The notes beneath the pieces were generated by a model. It was given only the letters and a program-made list of their open reading frames with translations. It was not told the origin of the DNA and did not search any database. A stretch of 63,429 nucleotides of DNA, the filler included, from Chiloscyllium plagiosum (lineage: Eukaryota), in NCBI RefSeq assembly GCF_004010195.1. It is 4 parts of one record of this genome, joined end to end, with 100 filler letters (N's around TTAATTAATTAA, not from the genome) between each part and the next. Parts side by side here need not be neighbours in the genome. Positions count along the whole stretch, not along the records: positions 36,607 to 60,662 come from NC_057711.1; 3 more parts are not named here. One strand, given 5' to 3'. Of the stretch, positions 36,890-48,597 are shown piece after piece. The translations under genes and the position numbers were made by a program. Numbering within the stretch: the first letter of the stretch is position 1; each line of letters begins with the position of its first letter.

Positions 36890-37690
36890 AATGGGCATTT
36901 TTAAAATTCCTTTGTGGGATGTGGGGATTTCTGGTTGACCAGCATTTATTGCCTATCCCTAGTTGCCCTTGCGAAAGTGGGGGTGAGCTGCCTTCTTGAA
37001 CCGCTGCAGTCCACCTGCTGTGGGTTGACCCACAATGCTCTTAGGGAAGAAATTCCAGGATTTTGACACAGTGACAGTGAAGGAACAGCGATATATTTCC
37101 AAGTTAGGATGGCGAGAGGCTTGAAGGGGACATGAAGGTGGTGGTGTGCCCATGTATCTGCTGCCCTTGTCCTTCTGGATGGAAGTGGTCATGGGTTTGG
37201 AAGGTTCTGTCTCAGGGGCTTTGGTGAATTTCTGCAGTGCATCTTGTAGATGGTGCAGAATGCTGCTACTGAGCATCGGTGGTGGAGGGAGTGGATGCTT
37301 GTGCATGTTGTGCTAATCAAGCGGGCTGCTTTATCTTTGTTGGTATCAGTGTTACTGGAGAGGCACCCATCCAGGTCAGTGAAGAGTATTCCATCACACT
37401 CCTGACTTGTGCCTTGTAAATGGTGGACAGGCTTTGATGTGTCAGCAGGTGAGTTACTTGCCACAGTATTCCTAGCCTCTTACTTGCTCTTGTAGCTGTC
37501 ATGCTTTTGTGGTGAGTCCAGTTGAGTTTCTGGTCAGTGATAAGCCCCCAGGATGTTGATAGTGGGGATTTGGTGTGAGTAACACTATTAAATGTCAACA
37601 GGCAGTGGTTAGATTATCTCTTATTGTTGATGGTTATAGCATTGCACAACTGTTACTTGCTACTTGCCAGCCCAAGCCTCGCTGTTATCC
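36890..37690 (-). mobile_element. Second LINE family (CR1/L2 group) 3' region
   Basis: 'LSTIYKAQVRSVMEYSSLTWMGAS' and tail. Confidence 0.8.
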
Positions 37691-37859
37691 AGATGGAGTC
37701 AAAGAGTCACAGAGGCAGAGAGTCATGCAATCATACAGCATGGAAATAGACGCTTCGGTCCAACCAGTCCATCTCAATCCATACTCCCAAACGAAAATAG
37801 TTCAACCTACCTTATCTAAATGTTTAATAGCAGTATAATTTCCCCACCCCCAACTAAAC

Positions 37860-39420
37860 ACCTTCCCATACTGTCTGTTCCTCTCCTTCTCCATGGCTAT
37901 TGTAAAGGTGAGGCAATTGTGGTCACTGTCACAAAAATGTTTTCCCACCGAGAGATCTGACACCTGCTCATTGCCTAGCACCTAATCCAATATGGCCTCC
38001 TCCCCACTTCTCCCAGTCAGCCTATCTCCATATTGATTCTGGATCAGTGGTGCTGGAAGAGCACAGCAATTCAGGCAGCATCCGACGAGCAGCAAAATCG
38101 ACAATTCGGGCAAAAGCCCTTCATCAGGAATAAAGCCCGAAACATCGATTTTGCTGCTCGTCGGATGTTGCCTGAATTGCTGTGCTCTTCCAGCACCACT
38201 GATCCAGAATCTGGTTTCCATTCTCTGCAGTCATTGTTTTTACCTCTATCTACATATTGAGTCAGGAATCCTTCCTGGACACACCTGACAAACCATCCAC
38301 CCCCACTGCATATTGGAGAAGTCAAAGTCGCCCATAACACCTGCACCTTTCCAAGGTCTGCTGTCCAATCTGTTCTTCCATCTCTCTGCTGTTATTGGGG
38401 GATCTATAGAAAACACCCAATAAAATGAGTGTTCTTTTCCTGTTACTGACTTCTACCCAGACTGACTCAGTAGACAAACCCTCCTCAACAACCCCCTTTT
38501 CTGAAGCTGTGATGCACTCTCTCATTAGCAATACTACTCCCCCTCCTCCTTTACCCTGCCCCTTCCCTGTTCTTTGTAAAAGATTTAAACCTGGAACATC
38601 CAGCAACCATTCCTGCTCCTGTGAAATCCATGTCTCCATTGTGGCCACAACATTGTAGTTCCAAATACTGATCCATGCTCAAAGTTCATCACTCTTATTT
38701 CTGACACTCCTTGCATTGAAACAGACACATTTAACTCATCCCTTTGCCCTATCAACTGTGTATCTTTCCTGACAGACTCACTGCATTCTATTTCTGCCCG
38801 TTTAACAACTACTCACTCCTCTGATCTGTAGCTCTGATTCTCATCCTCCTGCCAAACTAGTTTAGACTGTCCCAAAGTGCTCCAGCAAATCTCCTGCCCA
38901 GGACATTGGTGCCCCTCCAGTTTAAGTGCAACCCATCCTTCAAATACAGGTCCTACCTTCCCCAGAAGGTACCCCAATAATCTACGTATCTGAAGCCCTC
39001 CCTCCTGCACCAGCCCTGTAGCCACGTATTTAGCTGCACTCGCTCCCTGTTCCTTGCCTCACTAGTACATGGTACTAATCGTAATCCTGAGATTACTATT
39101 CTGCTAGACTTGTTTATGGCTTCCAAACTAAGCCATAAATCAGCTTTTAGGTCCCCATCCCTTTTCCTAGCTATGTCATTGGTGCCAATGTGCACCACGA
39201 TTTCTGGCTGCTCCCCCTCTCCCTTTGGAATCTTGTAGATACAATCAGAGACATCCTGGACCCTGGCACCTGGGAGGCAGCATACCTTCCGGGAGTTCTG
39301 TTCACAACCACAGAATCTCCTGTCCGTTCCTCTAACTGTTGAGTCTTCTACCATTAATGGTTTTCTATCCTCTCCACTTCCTCTCTGAGCCACAGAGCCA
39401 GGCTCAGTGCCAGAGACCTA
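37860..39420 (-). mobile_element. CR1 5' region: ORF1 SGNH esterase domain and ORF2 APE endonuclease
   Basis: 'DSTVRGTDRRFCG...CLPGARVQDV...VVHIGTNDI' (esterase); 'METWI...GGGVVLL...TESVWVEV...GVFYRSPN' (APE). Confidence 0.9.
38037..38245. mobile_element. Fold-back family A PLE mini-element, 15-bp TSD
   Basis: ctatctccatattga (38022-38036) and ctatctacatattga (38246-38260); inverted arms. Confidence 0.9.
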
Positions 39421-40777
39421 GTACTTCCTACAACTTAATCATCACTGAAGTCAGACTCACAGTGTAATCTTGGGGCATAGTTTAAACTGGTTGGCCGAAT
39501 TTGAATTTGTTTTTATATCCAGGCAACACAGCTCTTAGCTAGTTGTTTGACCAAGTGTTACATTGTTAACTTGTTCAGAACACTGTGCTATCCAGAAATT
39601 TCATCACCCTTAAAGATACAATACACCCACAACTTCATAACAGTAGATACAAACTAAACTCAGCACCGTAAGTTACATTGTGTATATATCAGCCTCAATG
39701 CCCTTTTATCAATCTGATGAGTATTAGTTACTGTCAATCAACCAGTGGCAATTAACTGTTACAATTGTCACCCTTCACCAGGTGCTGGAAATTAAGCTGC
39801 ACTATTCCTGGCGTTGTCACAAAAGTTAAGGATTTTAAAATAAGGACCAAAATTCCCCAATTTTCCTGATTTTTAGACCTTGTTGACAGAAAGCACTGAC
39901 CAGCCTTATGTACTAAACAAAGAGTTACTAATTATTGCAAGTAATTAGATATTAGCAACAGATAAATAATCGGCATACATCACTACATGATAAAACTGTA
40001 AGGCAAAAGTGAGGACTGCAGATGCTGGAAATCAGAGTCTAAATTAGTGTGGTGCTGGAAAAGCACAGCAGGTCAGGCAGCATCCGAGGAGCAGGTACAT
40101 GAAACACACACACAGATCAACAGTTAGGGATGAATTAGTAAAGAAAAACTTGGAAGGCATTTCAGTGATTCCTATTCTTGGGTTGTTAAGATGATTTTTA
40201 TATTCCTATGCTGGTCAGCATGTTGCTTTCTTGTCATCTTTCTTCAGATGTTTTTACTGGTTTGTAAGAGACTCAAGGTGGCAGGTTCACTTATGAAAGG
40301 TCCCTGATTTATCGTTAAAAATCACAGCTTACAAGGATTTCTGAAAGGAAAACAAATTAGTTTTCTTCAGGTTAAAAGTAGATTTTGGCTGCAGAGAACA
40401 GCGAAACAGTTCCTGAGCTGGTGAAGATCAAAACAGTTTTTTCTGTACCTTGTTTCCAGCCCCAGGTGGTCCAGTTACCTGAGAATCAAACACATAGTTA
40501 TTGACAGGCAAAAGATTTTTGTCACAATGGGCACATTTGTACACTCAGTCGCTTTCATTTCATTTGCAATCACTTCAATTCCTGTTTGTTCAGACAGCTA
40601 TTTGCACAATACTTACCATAAATGCCAGGTTACTTGGTTTTCGAAATATGCAGCAATTTGTTAAAACACTGGTTGTAAAATAGTTCTTTCCCATTTCCAC
40701 CAAGAATTTTTAAAAAATCACAAAAGGACTCAGTCTTTGCACAACTGCAAAGATTCATTTGTTCAGATTTTAATTGG

Positions 40778-41290
40778 ATGGTAGCTCAGTGGTGAGCATT
40801 GCTACCCCACAGCCTCAGGGCACTGCGGTTCGATTCCAGCCTCAGGTGACTGTCTGAGTGGAGTTTGCACAATCTCCCTGCGTCTGTGTTGGTTTCTTCT
40901 GGGTGCTCTGGTTTCCTTCCACAGTCCAAGGATAAGCTGAAAATGTGTTGCTGGAAAAGCGCAGCAGGTCAGGCAGCATCCAAGGAGCAGCAGAATCGAC
41001 GTTTCGGGCATGAGCCCTTCTTCAGGAATGAAAGGCTCATGCCCGAAACGTTGATTCTCCTGCTCCTTGGATGCTGCCTGACCTGCTGCGCTTTTCCAGC
41101 GACACATTTTCAGCTCTGATCTCCAGCATCTGCAGCCCTCACTTTCTCCTCACAGTCCAAGGATGTGCAGGTTAGGTGGATTAACCATGGGGAATGCAGG
41201 GTTACAGGGTTAGGATAGAGAGTGGGTCTGGATGGGATGTCCTTTGGAAGGTCAGTGTGGACTCAGTGGACTGACTGTTTACACACTGCA
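40778..41290 (+). mobile_element. HE1-type SINE containing a fold-back PLE mini-element (40934-41150, perfect 14-bp TSD)
   Basis: TSD cacagtccaaggat at 40920-40933 and 41151-41164; intact hammerhead core on the minus strand at 40994-41029. Confidence 0.92.
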
Positions 41291-41494
41291 ACGATTATAT
41301 AATTTGCTGATTGTAATAATTGTAAATATTGTTGTGACTAATTTCTGGCTGTTTCTCTGTCTTTCTCCTCATTTAATCATTTTGTTTTACTTTTTTCCTT
41401 CGTATGCCTGATTTATCATCAGATTCACCCAGGTTTCCTTCTCAGTCCTTGTGCTTTTGTTTTCATGATATATTGCATGATTAAAGAGACACAG

Positions 41495-41605
41495 ACAACC
41501 ACCTGATGAAAGAGCAGCCCTCCAAAAGCTAGTGCTTCAATTAAACCTGTTGGACTATAACCTGGTGTTGTGTGATTTTTAACTGTGTACACCCCAGTCC
41601 AACAC
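41495..41605 (+). mobile_element. Family B PLE terminus with decayed hammerhead (GAAA to AAAA)
   Basis: cac-CTGATGA-aagagcagccctcc-AAAA-gcta-gtg at 41500-41534. Confidence 0.75.
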
Positions 41606-41606
41606 G

Positions 41607-41916
41607 GGGCAGTACAGCGGCTCAGTGGATAGCACTGCTGCCTCACAACGCCAGGGACCCGGGTTCGATTCCAGCCTTGAGCAACTGTGTGGATTTTGCA
41701 CATTCTCCCTGTGTTTGTGTGGGTTTCCTCCCACAGTCCAAAGATGTGCAGGTCAGGTGGATTGGCCATGCTAAATTGCCCACAGTGTTAGGTGGATTAG
41801 TCAGGGGTAAATACAGGGTAGGGGAATGGGTCTGGGTGGGTTGCTCTTCGGAGGGTCAGTGTGGACTTGTTGGGCCGAAGGGCCTGTTTCCACACTGTAT
41901 GGAATCTAATCTAATC
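41607..41916 (+). mobile_element. HE1-type SINE, near full length
   Basis: tRNA head, V-domain, CR1-like tail ending (AATCT)n. Confidence 0.92.
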
Positions 41917-42419
41917 TCCAAATCATGACCTTCATCATACCTTTTATTTTAATGTGCTTTTGGAGGAACCTTGCTAGATTACTGCATTGCATCTTGTAGA
42001 GATGTGTCTTAAAAGGAATAATTTAACAAGGGCTTTCTTGAGTTAATAAAAGGATTAATTTATTAGTTATTAAATGTGAAAAGAATTAATAACATAGCAT
42101 ACAGTTTATGAATAAGAAATGAGACCAAATGACCATCACTGTTTGGCCAGCGTTTATTGTTTGGCCTTAGCTGCCCGTGAACTGAGCTATTTCAATGGGC
42201 AGTTGAAAGCTACATTGCTGTGGAGCTAGAGTCACACGTAGGGCTGACCAGATAAGAATGGCAGATTTCCTTCCCTAAAGGATATTAATGAGCCAGGTGG
42301 GTTTTTCTGACACATAACAATGGTTTCATTGTCATCAGTAATTTGTTAATTGAAATTGAATTCAACTGCCACCATGACAGGATTTCAACCCGAGTTTCTG
42401 GATTAATATTTGAGCAATA

Positions 42420-43590
42420 AGTTGATTAGGGATAGTCAACACAGTTTTGTGAAGGGTAGGTCGTGTGTTCTTTGAGACGGTGACCAAACAGGTGGATGAG
42501 GGTAAAGCGGTTGATGGGGTATATATGGATTTCAGTAAGGCATTTGATAAGGTTCCCCACGGTAGGCTATTGCAGAAAATATGGAGGCGTGGGATTGATG
42601 GTGATTTGGCAGCTTGGATCAGAAATTGGCTAGCTGAAAGAAGACAGCGTGGGTGGTTGATGAGAGATGTGGTGTACCGCAGGGATCTGTTTTGGGGCCA
42701 CTGCTGTTTGTCATTTTTATAAGTGACCTGGATGAGGGCAGAGAAGGATGGGTTAGTAAATTTGCAGATGAGGCTAAGGTCGGTAGAATTGTGGATAGTG
42801 CCTACGGATGTTGCAGGTTACAGGAGAATATAGATAAGCTGCAGAGCTGGGCTGAGAGGTGGCAAATGGAGTTTAATGCAGAAAAGTGTGAGGTGATTCA
42901 CTCTGGAAGGAGCAACAGGAGTACACAATACTGAACTAATGGTAAGATTCTTGGTAGTGTAGATGAGCAGAGACATCTTGGTGTCCAAATACATAGATCC
43001 CTGAAAGTTGCCACCCAGATTGATAGGGTTGTTAAGAAGGCATACAGAATATTGGCTTTTACTGATAAAGGGATTGAGTTTCAAAGCCATGAGGTCATGT
43101 TACAGCTGTACAAAACTCTGGTGCGGTTGCACTTGGCGTATTGCGTGCAGTTCTGGTCACCACAATGTAGGAAGGATGTGGAAGCTTTGGAAAGAGTTCA
43201 GAGGAGATTTACTAGGATGTTGCCTGGTATGGAGAGAAGGTTTTATGAGGAAAGGCTGAGGGACTTAAGGCTGTTTTCTTTAGATTGAAGAAGGTTGAGA
43301 TGTGACCTAATTGAGAAATATAAGATAATCAGAGGATTAGATAGGGTGGACAGCGAGAGCCTTTTTCCTCAGATGGCGAAGGCTAGCATGAGGGGACATA
43401 GCTTTAAATTGAGGGGTGATAGATATCGGTCAGATGTTAGAGGTAGTTTCTTTACTCAGAAAATAGTAGGGGTGTGGAATGCCCTGGTATATGGATGAAG
43501 ATGGAGTAGTGTAGGTTGGATGGGTTTCAGATTGGTTTCACAGGTTGCTGCAAAATCGAACATTACTGCGCTGTAATGTTCTATGTTCCA
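42420..43590 (+). mobile_element. CR1/HER1 LINE RT to tail
   Basis: 'VDGVYMDFSKAFDKVPHGRLL', '[13 protein letters not shown]'; same subfamily as 26140-28555 and 58865-60525. Confidence 0.95.
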
Positions 43591-43787
43591 CATTCTACAT
43601 TCAATGATACCACTTGACCATCACCTCCTCTCTCAACAGTCCAAAGATCATTCTCCTGGTTCATTCATTGAATGCTGGTAAATGAACAGTTAATTTCAAG
43701 GCTCTTAGCTTTTGCAGATAAGTTGAAATTTTTTAGCCCTGTTTCCTGTTGATGGTATTTAATTGACAGCACTCAGAGTGAGAGAGT

Positions 43788-44230
43788 CATAGAGTCAGAG
43801 ATTCATACAGCACAGAAAAAGACCCTTCAGTCCAACTTGTCTGTGCCAACCAGATATCCCAATCTGACCAAATCCTGTTTGCCAGCATTTGGCCCATATC
43901 CCTCTCAACCTTTCCTACACCCATCCAGATTCTTTTTAATTGTTGCAATTGTATAAGTGTCCACCACTTCCTCTGGCAGCTTGTTCCATACATGCACCAT
44001 CTTCTGATTAGAAACGTTGCCCCTCAGATCCTTTTTAAATCTTTCCCCTCTCATCTTAAACCCATGTCCTCTATGTTTGGACTCCCCCTCCCTTCGGGAA
44101 TAGACTTTTGTTATTCACCCCATCCAAGTTCCTGATAATTTTATGAAATTCTGTAAGGTCACCTCTCAGACTCTGCTGCTCCAGGGAAACAAGCTCCAGC
44201 CTATTCCGCCTCTCCCTAGAACTCAAACTT
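43788..44230 (-). mobile_element. CR1 3' tail
   Basis: (CATAGAGT)n tail and reverse complement of the CR1 C-terminus. Confidence 0.85.
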
Positions 44231-44349
44231 TTCTTGTTTTTTTTCCTTGGAACTCACTTTTTGGTTAGATGATTTTCAGCACACAGCGTGGGTGATCCCC
44301 TTCACCTGAAACAGGGGGATGAGAGTGGGCGGTCATTTGATTGTGATCT

Positions 44350-44473
44350 TTACGCCACACTAGCCTGAATCCAGGCTAGTATGGCGTAATAGTGAAGAAA
44401 GATGTGGGGTTCATGTGCACTAGCCTGAATCCAGGCTAGTACACATGAACCCCACATCTTTCTTCACTATTAC
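44350..44473. repeat. Compound inverted repeat: two overlapping hairpins sharing a duplicated 24-bp palindromic core
   Basis: Core CACTAGCCTGAATCCAGGCTAGTA at 44358-44381 and 44418-44441; perfect 32-bp arms at 44386-44417 and 44442-44473; 8-bp arms at 44350-44357 and 44382-44389. Confidence 0.97.
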
Positions 44474-44764
44474 AAACAGATCAAAGTTACAATTGGTTAT
44501 TAGCCCCCTTTTATGTGTATTCTTGGTAAGGCAATATGCAAGAGGTGGCTTTCTGCTGAGAGAAGGGAATTAGTTACCTTCTTCATTCTCTCTTCTTGTT
44601 ATCTTTCTCTCCTTGTTTGAAGTTTCCCTGACAATCTGCAGGTGTAACATTCCACAGATCCCACACAGGTCAAAGGCTATTTCTTTTAATTGTTTTACTT
44701 GTTAATAATGTGGATTGACATAGGAAAGATCTATTTGAAACCCAGGGATGTGCAAGGACGGCTG

Positions 44765-45312
44765 CATGCCAAGAAAGCAATACAACGTCTCAAGTTCCTC
44801 AGAAAACAAAGGAAATTCAGCAGTTCACAAGGACTCTAACCAATTTCTATAGACGCACAATAGAAAGCAATCTATCTGAATGCATTACAGTATGGTATGG
44901 CAACTGTTCTTCCCAACACCACAAAAAACTACAGAGACTCATTCAGAAACCAACCCTCCATTCATTGACTCCACCTATACTTCCCACTGCCTTGAGAAGG
45001 CAACCAATATAATCATAGACCCCTCACAGACTGGTTATTCTCTCTTCCACACTCTTCTTTCGTCAGGCAGAAGATATAAAAGTTTGAATACACACATGAA
45101 CAGATTCAAGAATATCTTCTTCCTCGCTGTTATTAGAATTTAGAATGGAACTCTTAAAAATGTTAATGTTGATCTATGTCTCTGTGGCTGTCACACTGTA
45201 TTCTGCACTCTGTTCTGCTACCCTGATACACTTCATATAGGATGAGCTACCTATATAGCTCGTAAAACATTTTTCACTATATCTTGGTACCTGTGACAAT
45301 AAATCAGTCAAT
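44765..45312 (+). mobile_element. L2/Rex-Babar-type LINE 3' end
   Basis: 'KKAIQRLKFLRKQRKF...LTNFYRRTIES', 'SGRRYKSLNTHMNRFKNIFF' and 'gtgacaataaatca' tail. Confidence 0.75.
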
Positions 45313-45330
45313 CCATATTTTGATATATAT

Positions 45331-46157
45331 TGTGAACTCTGGTTGTGAAGCTGCAGGTTTCAGTAATGTGAAGATGAACTGCGGCTGGGGGTGCTGTTTA
45401 CAGGTGAAACTGATTGGATTGTGCCCTTTGGACCAATTATCAATGGCAAAAGTGCTGCGCTTGACAACAGCAAGATGATTGGTTGTCAGGGAACTGAACA
45501 GCTTGGACTGTGAGTGAGACAGAGAGAAGCTGGTTCAGCTCAGGAAAGAAACCAGCAGGTCTGCAGCAGTCAGAACTTCTCTCTCAGCTCTCTGCAATAA
45601 GTCACTTTAAATCAGAGGATCACCAGCTTATCTTTTCTTCAGCAGTTAGTGCAAACTGTGACCTTGAATTGAGAAAGTTAGAGACCTTTTATATGTGAAC
45701 CAGCCACCCTGTCCCTCTTGTAAACCATTGGAATGATCCAGAATAAAATAAGGACAAGGAGAAACTTTCATATCAGCAAGAACCAACCCAAAACATTTGC
45801 AAACAAAGACTATGGAGCTGATTTCCCTCTGCCCATGCTTTTTTATTTCCTGTTTATCATTATCTATCTGTCTGTATGTGTATGTGAGGGGGAGTTTATG
45901 TGGGATTTATAGTTGTAATTTACAGTGTTTATTTCACTTAGTTTAATTTTTTGCCAGTAGCTAGAATCTAATGGCCTGTGATAAATAGTGATTACTTGGG
46001 AAGTGCAGAAACCTGGTCCGTGATATTTATCCAACTGAGTCTGAAGATTGGGTCGGTTGGGGACTTCACAAATTTGTTTGAAAAACTTTAAATGTTGTGA
46101 CCACTCAGAGAATAGCAGGGCTTGATTTACAGCGCATTACCTGAGTGAGTCATGACA
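45331..46157 (+). mobile_element. Possible solo LTR
   Basis: TG...CA termini (tgtgaac...catgaca) and LTR-like composition; no TSD found. Confidence 0.4.
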
Positions 46158-46849
46158 CAAGACAGTCACTGAATTTATATTTGCTATAAACTTTCTTGCA
46201 GACCTCTTTTAAAAAATTGAAATACATTGGGGATTAAAAGTTTAAAAATGTCCATCCTACTTTGGGTTCTCATCCATTGTTATTGCATTTCAACCCCGAC
46301 CAACCCACCCTCTCACCTCTCACAAAACCACCCGCCCATAAGTTCTATTTCATTTTATTGCAATGGACGAAAGAATCAAATACATAAAACAATATACACA
46401 CACGTTAATATTCTTAGCTCTAATCAATGCTATCTTTTCGGTTCTAATCGGTTCCCTCTAAGTTCTGGACAAATAGTTTTCAGACCATAAAACCATCAGA
46501 AACAGGAATGGCAATAGACTGATCAGCCCCTTGAGCCTGCTCTGCCATTCAATACAATCCTGGCTGATCTGTCATTATTCACATCCACTTTCCTGCATTT
46601 TCCCCACAACCTTCAATTCCTTTACTGATCAAGAAGCTATCTGTCTCAGCCTTAGAGATATACAAGGACCCTGCTCCCCACAGCTCTCTATGGTTAAGGA
46701 ATTCCAAAGACTCATAGCCCACTGAGAGAGGAAATGCCTCCTTATCTTAGTTTTAAGTTATTCTGCTCTGAAGTGGGTGAATAAAGAGTGTAGATTTGCC
46801 AGTATTTCTCTCCTGTAGTAGATGGTTCTGTGGGGTCTCTAATTTATCC

Positions 46850-47900
46850 CTGCTTCTACCCTTGGTTGCTAGGTCAGTGACATTGGGGCAGATCGTTATC
46901 TGCTTGCTGGTTGTGTTGCTTTAGCATGTTGACATGATACAGTTTTTGCACTTTTCTATGATCTGAGGTCTCAATCCAACAATTCATTTCCCTGAGCTTT
47001 ATTGCTACTCCATCCAGGCCACTGAGTCAGGCCTTTAAGGATTAATCTGGTGTTAGTAGGAGCATTAACACATAGTCTCCTGGCTGAAAGGTTTGGGCCC
47101 CTGGTGTGTTTATCTGATTTTTGTTTCTTCAGTGTTTGGGAGATAGTGTTCCCAGGCCATTTACCATGCTGGTGACAGTCATTCTCAGGAGTTCCTCTGA
47201 AGGTAACACGCTGAAGACCTCCACTGGATCAGACACAAGTTATCTTCTATGTTTTCAAACCATTCTGGAATATTTTAAACATGAGATTTGAGCTCTGATC
47301 TGACTGGATCTTGGTGGGTAGGCCGCACTTGGGAGAAGGATTGGACCAACATGCTTGCTATTATTTTGGCAGATATGGTTCTCAGGGAAACTATCTTTCG
47401 GAGAAGGATAGCCACATCCATAATGATGAGAATGTATTGATAATCCTTTTTTGTTTTGGGAAGCAGTCCCACACAGTACATTAACACCTTACTAAATGGT
47501 TCCCAAAACTTGGCATGAGAATCAGAAATGTAGGTTGGGGCTTACTCACAATCTTGCACATGTGACAAATCTTGCAAAAAACCTTGCTTTGCGGAGCTCT
47601 GGCCAGCACAAATGCTGGTTGATGTGGGCTAGGGCTTTGCACATACTGACATGCCCAGCTATCAGACTCACGTATGCTAGCTGGAATATTTCCTATCGGC
47701 CACCTTGAAAGCATGACCTCCTGTTGGATCACTGTCCATTCCTTGTCTGAAAGTCAATGAGGGGCTGGTTTCCTTTCCTCAGCAGCACCTCATTTATAAT
47801 ATAGTGGTATTCAGGGACTGTTTCTGCCTCAGCTTCAGTGTGAGCTAGTGTTTTTAACAATGTGTTAGCTTGTTGTGCTGCGACTAAATGTTATACCTCA
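46850..47900 (-). mobile_element. Gypsy (Gmr1-like) integrase remnant
   Basis: 'CKICHMCKIVSKPQ' (HHCC zinc finger), 'CVGLLPKTKKDYQYILIIMDV...SLRTISAK' (integrase core start) and 'YHVNMLK'-like C-terminal motif near 46920. Confidence 0.8.
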
Positions 47901-48506
47901 GCTGATGCTTTTAATCCACAAGTCAGATCTCAGGCAAAAAAATGCCTTGGCAGATCATTTGAATCCTCATGTGTAACATCCCCTAATTCTGCAAGTAATG
48001 CTCCAGCATTGAATGCAGACAAATCTATACTGTGGCAACGCAAACTCAAGAAAGCCTTTTGGAGTTTTAACATGGCAATTTACCCAGTCTAATTTTTTAT
48101 TTAATCTGTGGATTCATGATCAGAACCTCAAATCTTTTATGATCAGACCCCAGGTGACATATCCCTAGTTATTACAGTACTGGAAGGATACTCCTTAACA
48201 TCTTGGGTGAGGAGGGATGAATTGGCTGCTCCTCCTTATTCACTGCCTCCTCAATTGGTTTCAATAGGTTAATTGAAGAAAATCCATCTCTTGTAGATTC
48301 CTTTCCCCCGCCCCCGATTAAATTAATTTATACTCTCAAAGATGCCAATTTAACAAAGTTTTCTTGATTTAAAAGAGTGAATTTATTCATTACTAAATTT
48401 GAAAAAGAATTTGAAACGCAATATACTTAAATACAACTTAGGAATAACAAGTGAATCAAAAAGGAAGATAAATGATTAGTCTCCCTGAGTTTTTATGAAA
48501 AGTAGA

Positions 48507-48597
48507 TTGTGAAATGTTGATAATTTAATCATTGATTTTGGCCATCTAGTCTCTTACATATGGTTGAAATGCTTTATCTTCTGTTTCCCTTTGATGG
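48507..48597. repeat. Left copy of a 91-bp inverted repeat (partner 50265-50355) bracketing a CR1
   Basis: 84/91 identity to the reverse complement of 50265-50355, by hand alignment. Confidence 0.92.

Noticed and set aside
39523..39667. Possible second exon for the 32389 leader (acceptors near 39522, 39578 and 39595; GTAAGT at 39668)
   Set aside because: Phase-1 readings all hit stop codons, and it lies beyond an artificial linker
41607..41680. tRNA gene
   Set aside because: tRNA-derived head of an HE1 SINE; continues into the V-domain
43640..44668. Small exon candidates at 43640-43677 and 44642-44668
   Set aside because: Weak donors or in-frame stops, and no recognisable peptide
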